Shown here: one piece after another, positions 11,890 through 25,252 of the stretch
Layout: each line of letters begins with the position of its first letter
How positions within the stretch are numbered: the stretch's first letter is position 1
DNA from: Dicyema japonicum
Lineage: Eukaryota; Animalia; Dicyemida
Assembly (NCBI GenBank): GCA_011109175.1
Contig: RDEW01000001.1
Location: forward strand, 476,678 to 540,677
Length of the DNA: 64,000 bases
Direction: 5' to 3'
The notes under the pieces: generated by a model
Databases searched by the model: none
What the model was told of the DNA's origin: nothing
The model's input: the letters and a program-made list of their open reading frames with translations, nothing else
Translations under genes and position numbers: made by a program

Positions 11890-13010
11890 CACGAAACGAG
11901 GACTAAATGTCTCTCGTGGATGTGAACCTTCCTATGAAGAGTCTTCAGATCTTAGAGCTTAGCAGTTTCATTTTTATCCTAGACAAGTCATAGTTTAGCA
12001 CAGTTGGTAAGGTTGTTCCCGTCTCTCTCAATAATTTTAAGTAATTGTGGCCGTGAAGTAATTCTCCATCTTATAGTTGGCGGTAGTTGAAGTATCCAAC
12101 CGTAGAACATTTCCATAGAGTTTTAACCGGTCTTAGAGGATTATCTCCGACAGTTTTCTGACCTTGTTGAGGAGATCTATTTGTTAAATTCCTTCTTGTC
12201 CTCAATGACAATTTGTAGTCATGGCCAGTTGAGTACCAACTATCTCTAGGAGAAAACATTGTACGTTAGAATCCAAATGCTTCGAATCCTTAATCCGTAT
12301 GAACCAATGGAGGCGCATCGGACAAAATGAAATCTCTGCTTGAGCAAGTTGGGATCACGTTTGTAGTTAGTTTGATGTTATCGTGGTCTTGGAAATTTCC
12401 TTTGACTGATCTTTACGAATACTGACCTTAAGTGCTTCCCTATTAGATTCATGAAAGTGACAGCTATTTTACGCGTACTACTTAATATCCGATGATCTCC
12501 TACAAGTTAGTAAAGTGTAGGTTACGTATCTAACGATCTTTTTTATTATCGTTGGTTTTTTTTCATTTTACGAGACTGAAAGTAAATAATTTCAGTAAAA
12601 ATCTGTTGCGCTAAGTGTCCTCATTTTAGTTGGATATGACTCGTTTCCTTTCTTAGAAAACATTGAATTTTAAAAAATAATTTCAGGTGTCGAATCCTCC
12701 TTGCCTAAATTGGGGGAACTTTGATAAGTCTGTCTTTATGAGTAACTGGACAGTTTGGATCTCATTTTTGATTATTTCCGAATTCAGGTACTTCCCTAAT
12801 TCACGGAACACTTTCTTTCGGAATTAGATTTAATGAAATAATCGTTTGTGGAGTCTCGTGGGTGGTGGTTGTAGATTCTTTATAAAACTATCAAAATACG
12901 TTTAGAATAAACTTCTTTGAAATTCACATGAAAATATTCTGTAGCTCAGAGGTCAACACTTCAGAGGTTGCGTTACCAAGATTATAGAAGACTTGATCCA
13001 AAATCATCGA
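11890..13010 (-). mobile_element. Highly degenerate RTE-like LINE remnant
   Basis: Fragments TTLPTVLNYDLSRIKMKL and HETPQ are collinear with the RTE-like copies at 48.8-50.1 and 57.9-59.4 kb. Confidence 0.42.
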
Positions 13011-13039
13011 AAATATCGGTAACTTTGTGAAGAAAGCTT

Positions 13040-13359
13040 AATAATAACAGCCTATTCACGAGAGCCATAATATTTATAGCTCCGCATAGGCAGGACACAC
13101 ACTTTATTTAAGTAAAGAACAGTTAATTTTAACTAATCGTAAAACCAAGGAATGATCTTTACTTCTTTTTTTCTTTTTCTTGTGTGTGGGTCCTTTCTAG
13201 ACAATCCAGTTCCGCAGTGAGTATCCACTGATGACGGCGTCACTCGTCAAACCCTTTTAGCATCGTAAATGCGTGGAACCTTCCACCAGGTGAACAACAG
13301 CAAGAATCGAACCCGTAACCTAAGTCACTTTAGCCCGACACCTAACCACTATGTCACCC
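13040..13359 (-). mobile_element. tRNA-derived SINE, copy 2 (320 bp)
   Basis: About 90% identical by eye to copy 1. Perfect 18-bp TSD ACTTTGTGAAGAAAGCTT at 13022-13039 and 13360-13377. Confidence 0.92.
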
Positions 13360-13639
13360 ACTTTGTGAAGAAAGCTTTTTTAGAATAAATGATAATTGTT
13401 TCCGCGATGGAAGCCAAGAGACTAAAACGTCAGGAGCAAGTGCTCAGAACGAGTTATTCTAGGGTCCTCATTGTTTCTCTGTCGAGGGTAGTCTCCGAAA
13501 GATATCCATCTAGAAGATCTTCTAACCAAAGATATCCAAGGCTTTAGTAGAGATGTGGTCATGTAATGCTTTAACTTGATCTTATCGAGAAGTGGCTGAG
13601 GATTTTCAGCCAATTCACGAAACAAGTTAGTTATGGTCA

Positions 13640-14200
13640 AAATTATCTTTCTGCAGTTTTTTGTGTGAGTTAGAAAGGATGGTCTGGTTCCGTGTTTCGT
13701 TTAAAATTTTGAGATTACTCATCATGAGGTTATCTTAAACGATGAGAATGGTGAATTCCCAGTGGAGGTGGTCGGATGGTGTGAATTAGTTGCATCCAGT
13801 AATCATTCGAAGAGTTCCATTTGGATACTTTGAAGTTTTTGGATGTTGCAGGCTTAGAGGAATGAGATCCAGGAGGGCTCATGTAGTTCAAGATGGTTCT
13901 GATATATCGTTTGTAGATTATTCTGAAGGTTTACTTGTCCTGGCTGAGATAGAACCGGCCACCTCGCAAGTCTAAGGAATTGAAAGGGGAGGAGAGGTGA
14001 TTGGTTAATAACTAAGACTATGGAATCCAAGTGTGTATGAAGACGGGCTGGGGAAAAGTTAATGTTTCTATCCCTAGACGCGAAGATCAAGTAATCCGCA
14101 TATACCAGCGTATCTTTCAGTTGGGGTATGCTACTCAGGTGGAGTTGAATAAAGCCAGAGAGAGGGCAGACCCTTGAGGGATACCGTGTGGGAAAATAGA
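13640..14200 (-). mobile_element. Ingi/Vingi-like RT fragment
   Basis: GIPQGSALS..LFN, a YAD-like motif and downstream thumb residues. Confidence 0.68.
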
Positions 14201-14589
14201 GAAAGAGATTTCTTTGACATAATAATAAAATTCTAGACTATTTGTTCAGATAAAATCAACTTTTTTTTTAATAAAAATATATAATTTAAGCATGTTTGTG
14301 AGTTTAAACGATTAAAAAACAGAATTGTCAATAATAAGATGATTGAATAAAGAAAAACAATCAAATCTATTTAATATGTAGCAATTCGTTGCAGTAACAT
14401 GTTTTTAAAACGACGTGCCTACTCAACCAACAAAGTTAAAATTTTATAGTTCGTTATAAAACATTTTTCATTAAGGATTGTTGCATTCTTGTATTCACAC
14501 AAAAGCTAAATATTAAAAATGATGCTCACTTTCAGTTATTAATTTTTTTTATCTTTCACTCTTTTTTTTTTTTTAAACAAAAATTTATT

Positions 14590-15350
14590 AACAATAAAAT
14601 ATTATTTATTAACTATGGGGGAGAGCGGCTGCTGACATCACAGAGTAAGCGTTTCCGCGAACAACTGCGATACCAATTCTTTGCCTCAGCCAGACCGCTT
14701 CCCGCACGTCTTTCTTGCGGTGGGCCAACTTTCCCCGATTTCCTTTAGGAAAGAGGCTGTAATACTTCCAGCCGCACCAGACGTCTCGATTGCTACCGGT
14801 ACAAAACGGTAGCGGTCTTCAATTTCGCCATATTTTTTAATTTTGATTTTCTCGGCCAGATCGGCTGCCGATCCAGCAGACTGCGCCGAGCTGAGCATCA
14901 TCGAGTTCGAGAAAGAGTCCACAACAGTGCAGTCCCATACGAGCGATTTTCCCTCAGTGAACGGAAAGATAGTTAATCCATCCGGTCTTTTCCCATCTCC
15001 GCGGTCCAATCCCACAGGTTCCAATACTGCCGGGAAGCCTGCCGCTTCAAGAGCTCGAAAGACAATGTTGTTCATAGCAGCATGGCGGGGTGCTCTGCCC
15101 GCACTCCTTTTGCACGAGAGCGGGTGCAGCCCTTTGGCATCGACGATCCCTCCACAGCGACATTGGTGTTCGACGCAAACATCAGCTCCCAGGCGTTGTG
15201 CGATTCCAATCCGGAATACAGTCATCGTCCAATAGGGTCCCCATGGAGGAAGACGGGAGTGCATCCAGCCACGCTCCGCTCCATGGTTGGCGGCGGACAC
15301 GAGGCATGCAAGACGATGCTGGTTGGCCTCAGACTCTTTCACTCTAAATA
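14590..15350 (-). mobile_element. CRE-like non-LTR element, 3' portion (zinc knuckle + REL endonuclease)
   Basis: [45 protein letters not shown]. Confidence 0.9.
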
Positions 15351-15828
15351 AAGAATCCCAAAATCACAGAAACTGATTGTGACAAACTTCAGGAGGAAAA
15401 TCCGGCCGAAACTACGGAAACATACAAAAAGGTAGTGTTTTTCAATTTGCAGCGTTTGGATGAGTTCAATTTATCACGTATAAAACTACAACAAAAAATA
15501 GAAGAATTGAATTTAACCAAGAAATTATATAGTTGAATGACTAACAATTATATCGACTTTAAATGGGATTTTGGAAACAAAAAGAAAACTACAAAGTCCC
15601 TCTAATTGGCCAACATTTAAATTAGACAATTCTCAAATTGGCTACAAATTAGTTAAAAAACATAAATTTATTTGTACTAATCTTTTTCAATTAATTAAAA
15701 AAAGCAGTAACAGCGCTTCCGTGGAGTTATTGAGAAAGAAGCACCCTGCTCCACCACCGAACAAGCGGAACTTGACAATGGTCCCGGAACTTGACAATGG
15801 TCCCTCGTCCTTGGGAGGAATTCGCTGA

Positions 15829-16026
15829 TCAAATCACTTTCAGGATTCCACGGATTTTCAGGGATATCAATATTAGTTCGACATTACAAATGATGCTGCT
15901 CATCCGAGATACGAGACCTTGTACCTCCTTCCCGCAATTACGGCATCTGGCTCGACTCCCGCTCTTTCCAGGAATAATACGTTTATCGAAGTGAACCCAC
16001 AAGGCATCACGCTTTCTTCTAGACAT
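15829..16026 (-). mobile_element. BED zinc-finger fragment, probably a hAT-type transposase 5' remnant
   Basis: DALWVHF...ARCRNCGKEVQGLVSRM...C fits the BED consensus with the His lost. No DDE domain seen. Confidence 0.58.
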
Positions 16027-16094
16027 TAAAAATTTAAATAATTTTTTTGATTTTTTAATAATTTAAATCATTGATTTTTTTGATTAAAATCAAA

Positions 16095-16270
16095 TGATCC
16101 GTCTCGCGCCTACAGTTCCACAGCATTGGAAGCAAACTCGCCTCAAAAAGGTGCGAGCCACGGGAGGGACTCTGGTTGAGGCAGAGGCTCTAAATGGCGA
16201 TTATCAGAGGAAACGCCTTCGCCATTCTGTCGCCCTAATTATTGTCTAAATTAATTTATTTGTTGTTAAT
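16095..16270 (+). mobile_element. CRE-like extreme 3' fragment
   Basis: HSIGSKLASKRCEPREGLWLRQRL*MAIIRGNAFAIL matches the CRE C-terminus at ~46.0 kb. Confidence 0.7.
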
Positions 16271-16729
16271 AAAATGGCTGACATTAAAAAAATTAAAATT
16301 TTAAACTAAAAATTTTACCATGTGTTCGAAAACTTCTCGTTGCAAGGTTTGATTGTTACCAAAAACTCGAAATTTTTAGATATAAAGATGAGAATAATAC
16401 TACATCGTGCCAAACAATCGCTCACAGATTTTCTGATTTATTTAATATTCGAATTTCAAGAAAAACAGTGATTCCCGAGAGTCCATATTAAAGATGCTTT
16501 GTTAAATGATGCACTAATATCAAATAAAGCACAAAATAATACTGAAAAGTTATCAATTTGTCATTTCAAGAATTCAAAAGGAATTCTTAAAAAGAAATTA
16601 AAAACATTTCTTACAAGATTCAAAAAGACATGGTTTTCGAATGCATAAATTACACGGGGAAATGATAACTAACAGGATTTGTACATCGATCGGGTTTCAA
16701 TTGTTATGTACAAATATGTCTCTTTATTA

Positions 16730-16860
16730 TTTCCAATCAAAGAAAGAATAAAAATTAACCTGCACCATCTTAACGCTTGGATAATAGACAACCGGCTCAT
16801 GGTGAATGCAGAAAAGTCATCCACGTCCTTTTTTACCTCTGACAAAATATTCTGTATCTA
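16730..16860 (+). mobile_element. Small APE-type LINE RT fragment
   Basis: LNAWIIDNRLMVNAEKSSTSFFT resembles LGAWLKLNRLSVSRDKSTYTIFT in the 3.7 kb copy. Confidence 0.45.
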
Positions 16861-16999
16861 CATTTGTTCTCTTCCAAGAATATGTCCTAACCTCAGGACT
16901 GAACAGAAGCAACAATCCAGCTACTTCATTCTTTCATAGTAATTTGATTGTTTTGGAGTTATCTTGAATTAAATAATATAAAAGATAATCTGTAACCTA

Positions 17000-19330
17000 G
17001 TCATGCATTTGACTTGTTATCTCAGCTTGTCTTTCTCTACAAGCATCCCCCATATAGCACATGCGTCATCTTTTCCATGAATATTGTATTGAACAGGGAG
17101 AACTTAATTATATGAACCGAAAGAAGCGTAATAATTTGAGTATCTGCAAAAAAGGGGACATCAGAGAGGCCTTAAAATAATCCCAAATATAGAACATCTC
17201 GTAAACCTCCACCAAAGTCAAGGGTCTTTTAATAAAAATTACTCTTTCAAGCTCCTATATCGTCAGCCAACATTCTCATAGAGTCTTCCGCGGTTTCAAA
17301 TTCCTTTCAGCGTTTAGGTCATTATTCAGTACATCTGGAAGAGTTAATCTTTGTCTTCCACGAACACATCCATGTAAAGAAAACTAATCTATACAAAACA
17401 AATCCAACGCATCTCCCTTACCTAGTAACTACCGTATAGCTATGAAAAAGACCAAATTTGTTGTTTGGGGTGAAAAATTTCATCAAATATTTATCGACGT
17501 TTAAGACAAAGATAGAATCTGATTCTTTAATAAATTTAATTAAAAGTTTTGATTCGATTTTCAGGGTCATCAATCTCTCTATCACATCTGATTGTTGTTT
17601 CATGAGTTCAAGAGATTGTGAAATGATTCCTATTTCATCCCAAGACCTCTGAGAAAGTTCCTATGTTAAGGAGAACTATTCCAACTTCTCCCATTGTGTT
17701 TTCAAGTGTATATCTGTGATGATAGCCAACACATGAAGCACACGGAGAAAGAAAATCAAGGAGCGAAATGTCGGCCGCAAATCTGAGACAAAAGTCACCC
17801 TGAGGATACTTCTTCCAGCCTATATTGTTGAGTCTGACATTGAGAGTAAAGACTTTAGTGTTGAATCGTTGGTGCTTAAGATATCCCAATGCCTAAAGGC
17901 TGGCAAGAATCTCAGAACGAAAAGTAACTTGGGGTTAAAAGAAAGAAGAATGACACCTGTGAATCAAGATCCTCAGCCTAGTAGAGTCCTTCGAGAAAAG
18001 ATCACTCCTAAGACCCCAGTCATTAAAATAAACTTAAAGGAAAGACGATTCACCAACGTCAGTTATATTTGCATCAGTAAACTGATCTTTATTTTTATTT
18101 ATTAACAGGCTTACAATCTTTGATAAGCCCAGCACAAACAGTAATAACTAATTAATCAAAAAGTCTACTGGAGGGTTTTCCACAGCTGCAAGAAATGGAA
18201 GTCTTTCTTTGTTGATTCCGGATGGACTGTTTCTGTAGAAGTGGAAACTGAATGCACTTAACTAGTTGTTTACTTTAACTTCTTTCTCGGTGTATCTGGG
18301 GTTAATAAATCAATTAAATTATATTTAATCAAAAAAGGAACCCAAGAGAGAACGTCTGCCTGTGCCAACAAATTCCATCCTTCAATAGTTCATCACATTA
18401 GAGCTATCCTCTTGTAATTTTCATCACACGTCCTACCATCGCGGACATCCCTTCATTCTTCGGCGGAGGTTTTCATAATAGTAATTTACACAGGTTGAGA
18501 TGGTCAGAGAGAAAGCAGGAAAGATCTCTTTCAGCAACTGTGTAGTGCCAGAAGTACTTTTTGCCTCACGGACGGGATCTGATTGACGAGAATCGACCTT
18601 CGATGAAAAATCCATCTTTCTAAATTCGAACCCACGACTGTCAGATCCATGTCATCAGACGTTATGTTCATCCAAGGTCTAAGATGATTGATAACGAATT
18701 ACAGATTTCGTCCGACCTCACCCGTAGCATTCAAGATGAGATATTTGATGTGACAGAGACGGAGTACATCAAATCCGTCGTTGCTGCGACTAAGTAGAAT
18801 TCGGCCTTCGTTACGAGAAATCCAAGTTTCCAGAGATTGAACAATAGCCCGCAGGTCTTCTGATGCACCTTGATGTTTAGGCATCAACAAGCAAAAAGTA
18901 TTCAAGTGATGGCAAAACTATCATTATAGGTAAGAAGTCGGAGGGCGGTCCTCATGTCACAGTTTTAAGCCAATTCGTTCCTTGAGACCTGATTCCGGTC
19001 CGACTGAGCTTTTGGAGGGCAAGGTATATCCGAAATCACACGCTTGTCAGAAGAAATCTGCAAATGGAACTTTTATGATGTACCAGATTGATTTTCCAGA
19101 CTGATCTAGCTCTTGTAGCCTCCAAGAAAATATGAGACAAAAAAACATCAACTACTGTCTATCTCAAAATAACAAGAGAAGATCGTTAATAAAACGGCTG
19201 AGGCTGGAAGAGGCCTCTTGTATTTCTGATGTGTGCTCATTTCTATGGAGGTGATTGAGTCTGGGCCCTTGGAGTTTAGTTGCGGGACATTGAGATTGGT
19301 TCTCTGATTTCATCCCAGGTAAATCTAGTC
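17000..19330 (-). mobile_element. Very degenerate REL-type (NeSL/R2-like) non-LTR remnant
   Basis: Scattered motifs in the expected order: CP...HL..H finger (~19250), LMPK...LRAIV, DFS..DS, then C..C..H (~17740). Heavily mutated. Confidence 0.38.
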
Positions 19331-19519
19331 ATATAATTTTTCGGTTTAATCCTCTGGTAGTAATTTTGGTTGGATATAGAAGATAATATTTCATTAAAGA
19401 GAATGAGGACTTTGGATGAGTTTCTTTTGACATTATAGATTCTAGAGATATCAGCATTATCCTCGTAAGACTATTACTTTTTTAATCATTTTTTTATTTT
19501 TGTGTTTAAAAGAAAAAAA

Positions 19520-19790
19520 GAATTTTGCCCATTGTGGCGAATAATTTATCTTCTCCAAGATTGGTGCAATTACCGATGAAATAATCTCTTTGGAAGGCAC
19601 GTGTCGTGATATTCTATTAAAAGCTTTGCATATATCGATAGAGGTGGTTTATGGTTATTAAATTCATTGATAAAATTATTTTAGTCAGGTGGGGGTAGTT
19701 GAATGTTGTGGAAGAAATCCATGTTGTGATTTTGATAGATTGATAAATTGGTAGATGTGGTTAAGCACAAATTTTGGATATGACAAAAAG
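19520..19790 (-). mobile_element. Ingi/Vingi-like RT fragment
   Basis: QHGFLPQHST followed by SIDICKAFNRISR. Confidence 0.6.
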
Positions 19791-20199
19791 AAGAAAAATA
19801 GGACAAAAAGATCTTGGATCACGTGAACTTGTTCAATTTCAGAATAGGAATGATTGTTGACTATTTCCATAAGACGGGGATAAATACTTAGTCTAGAGAA
19901 GCAGTGAAAACTTTTTCGAGACCGCTTAGCCCTTTTGGGCAGAGGTAACTAAAAATTCAATTCAGTCCTTTAGATGACTTGTTTGTCATTTTTATTAACA
20001 TCACACTTCCATTATAGTTATTTTAAGTTGGTATATTAATTTGATCTCCTGGTGTTGTGTGCTTTTGTGGTGCGTAATTGTATCGTAAATTGATAATTAC
20101 CTCGGACCTGAACTAAGAATTACCACTGAACCTCATCATGGAGCGACGTAACATCATGGAGCAACACACATTATACTAAAGAGACTGGATATGACATGC

Positions 20200-21350
20200 T
20201 CTTCATGTGGTTGTGGAAATGCACGCAAATATGGGCTTTTATGCTGTCTTGTGGGGACTTTTCCACCTCGGATGTGTAAAGATGTCTCAGCAAACAGAAT
20301 GCTCGCTCTACCTCAATGATGTGGACTTCTCTTCTTGTCGGATCTAAGGAAAGCCATGAAGACTCCAATCAAAATCCAAAAACCCGTCCGGATCCCTACA
20401 GCTACATGTTTGGCCTCTGCAATTGAAGATGCTTTCACGTCCTACGACCAAGAGGCCTGGCTAAAATTCCTCAGTTTCGTCCCACTGGTACTCGGAATTC
20501 TATTTATCGATTCAAAAAAAGATCAACGGAACACAAGAGAAAGAACGACACTCGGGAACTCCCTTTCCTCGAAAATGAAGAACATCCAGGTTTTCAATAC
20601 ACATTGTCTCACCAAGAGGGAAGATGTCCTGAAACCAAAACACCCTGATGCCAATCCTCCGTTTTTTGAGTGGCCCGGACAAACTCCGAGAAAGAGTAAA
20701 TCGTAAGCTTTTTGAAGGCGACGTCCGAGCGCCGTTGCGCGTGTTGCCAGCGACTATATAGTCTTGACCTGCGACGCCTGAAGTGCTCGAACAGCTCAGA
20801 CAAAAAACATCCATTCCCCCGGCAGATTACCGCCCATTCGTGCTCCCGGGAAATGTGCCAAGGACGACCGTCACAGGAGGCGAAGTGTGTTGTGGCATTT
20901 CGTCGTTTGCTGTGAGTAGCAATGAAGGTCTTGATGGCCCGGTCACATCAAGGATCTCACGACTGGGGCTACTGCAGAAGCTTGCTGCAACCTTGTTAAT
21001 CAATTACAAAACTGGTTATACTTATTTTGAACGAAAATATTCCCCCTCAGCAAGGGAGCTTCTTTTCAGCGCATATCTACTGGCCTTCAAAAAACCCGAA
21101 GTTGGGGTCCGCCCTATTTCAGAAAGCTGACAGCCAAAATCACATGCAGTATTGTCTGTCTAAGAATATCTGAAAAATTATCCTCCTCCAACTAGGGAGT
21201 CGGTTTAAAGAACGGACTCTCGTTTCGATTATGAATTTGTTCGGAATCAGACAGACACGTGGCAGTGTGTGTCCCATGCTCTTCTATGGATGAATCGCAG
21301 ATTGTGACGCACGGAGGAAACCAGATGACTCCTAGAACGCGATAAAAATT
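20200..21350 (+). mobile_element. CRE-like element, 5' half with decayed PHD finger and internal deletions
   Basis: CGC...CCL...FHLGC, ATCLASAI..EAWLKFLSFVPLVLG, GLDG, FSAYLLAFKKPEVGVRPI, QLGVG. Confidence 0.8.
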
Positions 21351-21559
21351 AAGAAATGACACTGGTTTATTGTTTGCTTAATGAGAATGAGACATCATCA
21401 CAAACTATGGACTTCTTTTGACAAAACTGAACTCAGTGGTCCCCGTCGGATCGTTTATTTCTTCACGAGCTACGAATACCTAGGTATAGAATATCCCTAA
21501 GAAGGGAAGTCTATTTTAAATCAAAAAAATTATAGGCCGATTAGCTTTATTTGTAATAT

Positions 21560-21810
21560 TTCAAACTTGAAATATAGAAAAAATGATTTCGATTGATTAT
21601 CAAAATATATTTAAGACGAACAGTTTCTTCTGGAGGATCAGTGATGTTACCACTGTTATGAAGGGATGCACTATAAAACTGGAGGAGCATTCGTTCAGTT
21701 TTGTGACTGAAAGATTCGACACCCTTCAAATTCATCTCTTGGGAGATAAAGTCTTTGTTTAACGCAAGTGCATGTAGTTGTCCCTAAGAATTTGGCTGAT
21801 ATTTTGTCGA
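21560..21810 (-). mobile_element. R4/Dong-like fragment
   Basis: QRLYLPRDEF...ERMLLQ matches ERLYLPRDKF...ERILMR in the 5.6 kb copy. Confidence 0.55.
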
Positions 21811-22261
21811 CATGTTAAAATTTTTCAATTCAATGTTGAAAGTGCATATTGCTATAAAAAAGTTTACCGAGTTTAAATTTTTGATTGGCGCAAATGTTTT
21901 TTCTTAGATCTTCATAATTTCTCTAAAAAATTTTTATTCTAAAACTGTAATTATTCGATCTTGTTACTTTCGTAATACATTTTACTTTAGTCTCTAATGA
22001 ATTGATGGGTAAATGTCGGTAAAAGAGAGTTGTTTGTTATGAGTTCTATGTGACAAATAAAAATTATGTTGTAGTGAATAACTCCAGATGACAGTCTTTA
22101 TTAAAGCTTTGTTGATTTGGATTTTTAGAAGGTAAAAGTTATGATGGATGAAGGGAATAATAATAAGTTTAATATTGAACTTTAATGTTATGACGATATA
22201 AATGAATTATTACAAAAATATAATGCGTTAAGTATATTATTCAGTAATTAAAAGTATTGGC

Positions 22262-24214
22262 ATGTGGGGTATAATATTGATTGTGGGTTCAATGATTAAA
22301 ATCTTAAATAATGGTTACGATTTAATTATTTTAGTTGTTTGCTTCGATCATAGTGGCAAAGAAAAACTTAATGTTACTTGTAATAATGTGTAAATAATTC
22401 AGGTTTCAACGAAACTTTGAAATCCGTTTTATTATATGGGAAGAATATTGATGGACTGAAAGAAATTTTGTTGTCAGAGGTTGAATGATAAATTATTAGT
22501 AGAATTTAAAAAATGTAAAAAATCAACAAATTGGTTTAAAAACAAGTAATTTTTTGAATGACCACAATAACATCAATTTATACAAAGCCAATTGTATTTT
22601 ACTGCATTTTTATGAAATAACTGAAAGGTTTATAGTCGAATTCAAAGAATCTGTGAAATCATTTATGAATAATGAAATCCTATCAAAGGAATGTTTACTC
22701 AATATTTATGGTATTTGTTTTATGTATTATTAGATATATTTCAATCCGTCAATGTAATTGTCTAATTTACTTTAGTTTACTAATTCTGTCAAGATGATTG
22801 ATCATAACATTGAGTCTGCCAAGAAAATACCCGATGACCACAAAATACAGTAGTTTTAATGTAATTTAGTTTATTTAATACTTTGACGAACATTAATGAT
22901 GAAATACTAAATTTTGAATATAGGGGAGATTCACTAACGATTGTTGATTTCGTTACTACAGATTCTTCAGTGGAAACATCAGTCTATGGAAATGTTATAA
23001 AAATAGAGTATTATACTAAAATAACATCACACGGTTGATCATATCATCTAATATTAGTGAGAGTTGTCACTGTACAATCTCAGGATGACATTTTCAAACA
23101 ACTCTCACAACCGAAAAATAAAGTAGATAATATTATAACCGACGTTACCTCCCTTAGTCTTAATACTTCCGCATTAATTACAATAAAATTTGCAATTCGA
23201 CAAAAAAATAAAAGAGTACATTACCTAACTTATATTAGGACAAACTCCAATGTATTTCTATTGGGCACATTGGAGATGATGTAATAGACGAAGGACTGCC
23301 AACTTTAAAGGATGGAATGGCCACTTGTGTGTTTGACCATAACACTTCATTTGCTGTTTTATTTGTAAGACTTTATGTTACAAAAGAATCCTGATTTCGA
23401 ATACAGTATCGACCACCCAGTGTCGTATGTTGTAATTATTGGAATGTCAATATCCTCAATCTCGATTATAATCTCAATTCTAATGTTTTTAAGACAACTC
23501 AAGTTTATCAAATTTTAAATTTTCAGAGTTCTAGTAAAATCAAATTTTCAGGTCATTTTGTTAAATCTTGAAATTTCCATGCTGCTGTTTTACATAACTT
23601 TTAGTTTGGGAATAATTTATCCCAAAAAGAAATCATATTTGGAGTGTTCATTTGTAGGAATGTTACTCCACTTTGAAATTCTGTCACAATTTATGTGGAT
23701 GCTGACCGAGTCGGTCGTTCATTATCTAAAATTTGCAAAAGTCTTGGGAACTTGTAGTCATTTCATAGCAAAGTCGATGCTACTGAGTTGGGGTTGATTA
23801 TTTTGTTTATTTTCTGGATTGCCACTGCTCGTTAGTCTGTCAATATTACTTGTTAATAAAAGTAATTACCATTCGAATGGAAGATGCTTAATTTCAGGAA
23901 TTGAGTTGAAATTGACGTTGATAGCCCCAGTTGTCGTCATCGTTCTTATCAATGTTGTTTTGTTTGCACTCATCTTTAAAACTTTAAAAAGTATAAAACA
24001 TATTTCAAAAACCAAATCAATTGAAAATAGAATTTTGATCTTTCTTTTTATATTTTCAGGTTTTTGTCGATTAATTTAAGGAATTCCCTGGATTCTTATC
24101 TTTTTTACCAAATTTGACGAATCCAAAGTAGTTGATTATATTTTAAATATATTTATTTGTCCTCAAGGAATATTCGCTCTAATTCTAAACTTTTGTAATC
24201 GTCCTTCTAAATGA
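22262..24214 (+). CDS. Adhesion-type (family B2) GPCR: signal peptide, GAIN/GPS, 7TM; 12 introns of 20-24 nt, ~560 aa
   Basis: Introns at 22314-34, 22380-402, 22480-502, 22711-33, 22754-75, 22850-69, 23034-57, 23216-38, 23365-86, 23503-26, 23793-816 (ends TG) and 24060-80 leave 1683 nt in one open frame. Motifs TCVFDHNTSFAVLF, LLHF...FMWMLTE, WGLP, GIPW, QG. Confidence 0.9.
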
Positions 24215-25059
24215 CTTACAATTTCATTTCTTATTATTTAATTACTAATAATAGTTGTAAAGGTCATCAAACAGCCAAACACGTTGAAAGGCTATTTCTG
24301 CGAATGTGACAATGGGAACTTTTTGCGTATAATAATAAATTAAAAATAATCCTCATGTTCTATAGGGGCACAAAGATCCTATTATTGCTAACAACCAACT
24401 ATTAATGTTCTGTTCAATACGAATAATGCAATGACGGAATACTGTGTCATTCTGCCGCTCCTTTGAAATAAATCCATAATAAATATTAATAACAAAAATT
24501 TTCATTTGCGATCATCACGATCATAAAAGATTTGAGTAAACCAGAATGGATCGAACTCTTCTATAATTCGCAAGAACAGAACAGAAGACAAGATATATTT
24601 TTTCAATAGGATGTATTTTACATCAGTTGTAGCGAGTCTCGATTGACATGACTTTAATTTTACAAAATTTATCTGATCGGCCTAAACTTTTATTTTTTAA
24701 CAAACACAATAAAACACGAAACAGCAATTCATTTCTATATTTATATATGACAGGTTATAGAAAATGTAAACAATTATAATATATACTTGTGGTTAATATG
24801 TTGGTTAAGGATAATAATTGCAATATTAAATCAATAATAGCTTAATTGTTGAAAAGTCATTTTACATCTGTTAACAAGATAACTAAAATATATTTTCTGC
24901 AATCTAAAAACCAAAGGTACAAGAAAGTATTTGTAATAAGCCATTTGAACTTGTAAAATATTGATTGTTATGTCATAATATTATTTCCAATACTTTATTG
25001 ACACGAACATCTCCAAATCAATCAGGTCAAGAAAGTTATAATAACACCAGCTCTTAAGA

Positions 25060-25252
25060 AATTCATAATACCTACGAATAAGAACACGTGCTTTATTTTA
25101 GAGTAAAGAACAATTATCTCAACTAATCGTTGAAAAGGATCCAATGAATATTGTTTATTTTTTTGTCTCTGTAGACAATTCGGTTCAGCAGTGAGATGTT
25201 CACTGATGACAGAGTCATTCGTTAAAATGAGTGGAAACTTCTATATTATATA
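25060..25252 (-). mobile_element. Old, headless SINE copy 3
   Basis: AGTAAAGAAC...AACTAATCGT and GCAGTGAG..CACTGATGAC..GTCA.TCGT.AAA are collinear with copy 2. Confidence 0.6.

Noticed and set aside
13215-13255. Hammerhead ribozyme in the SINE (CTGATGA motif on the antisense strand)
   Set aside because: Stem II is followed by TCAAAC, not GAAAC, in all three good copies, and stems I and III cannot be built. The motif is part of the body hairpins.
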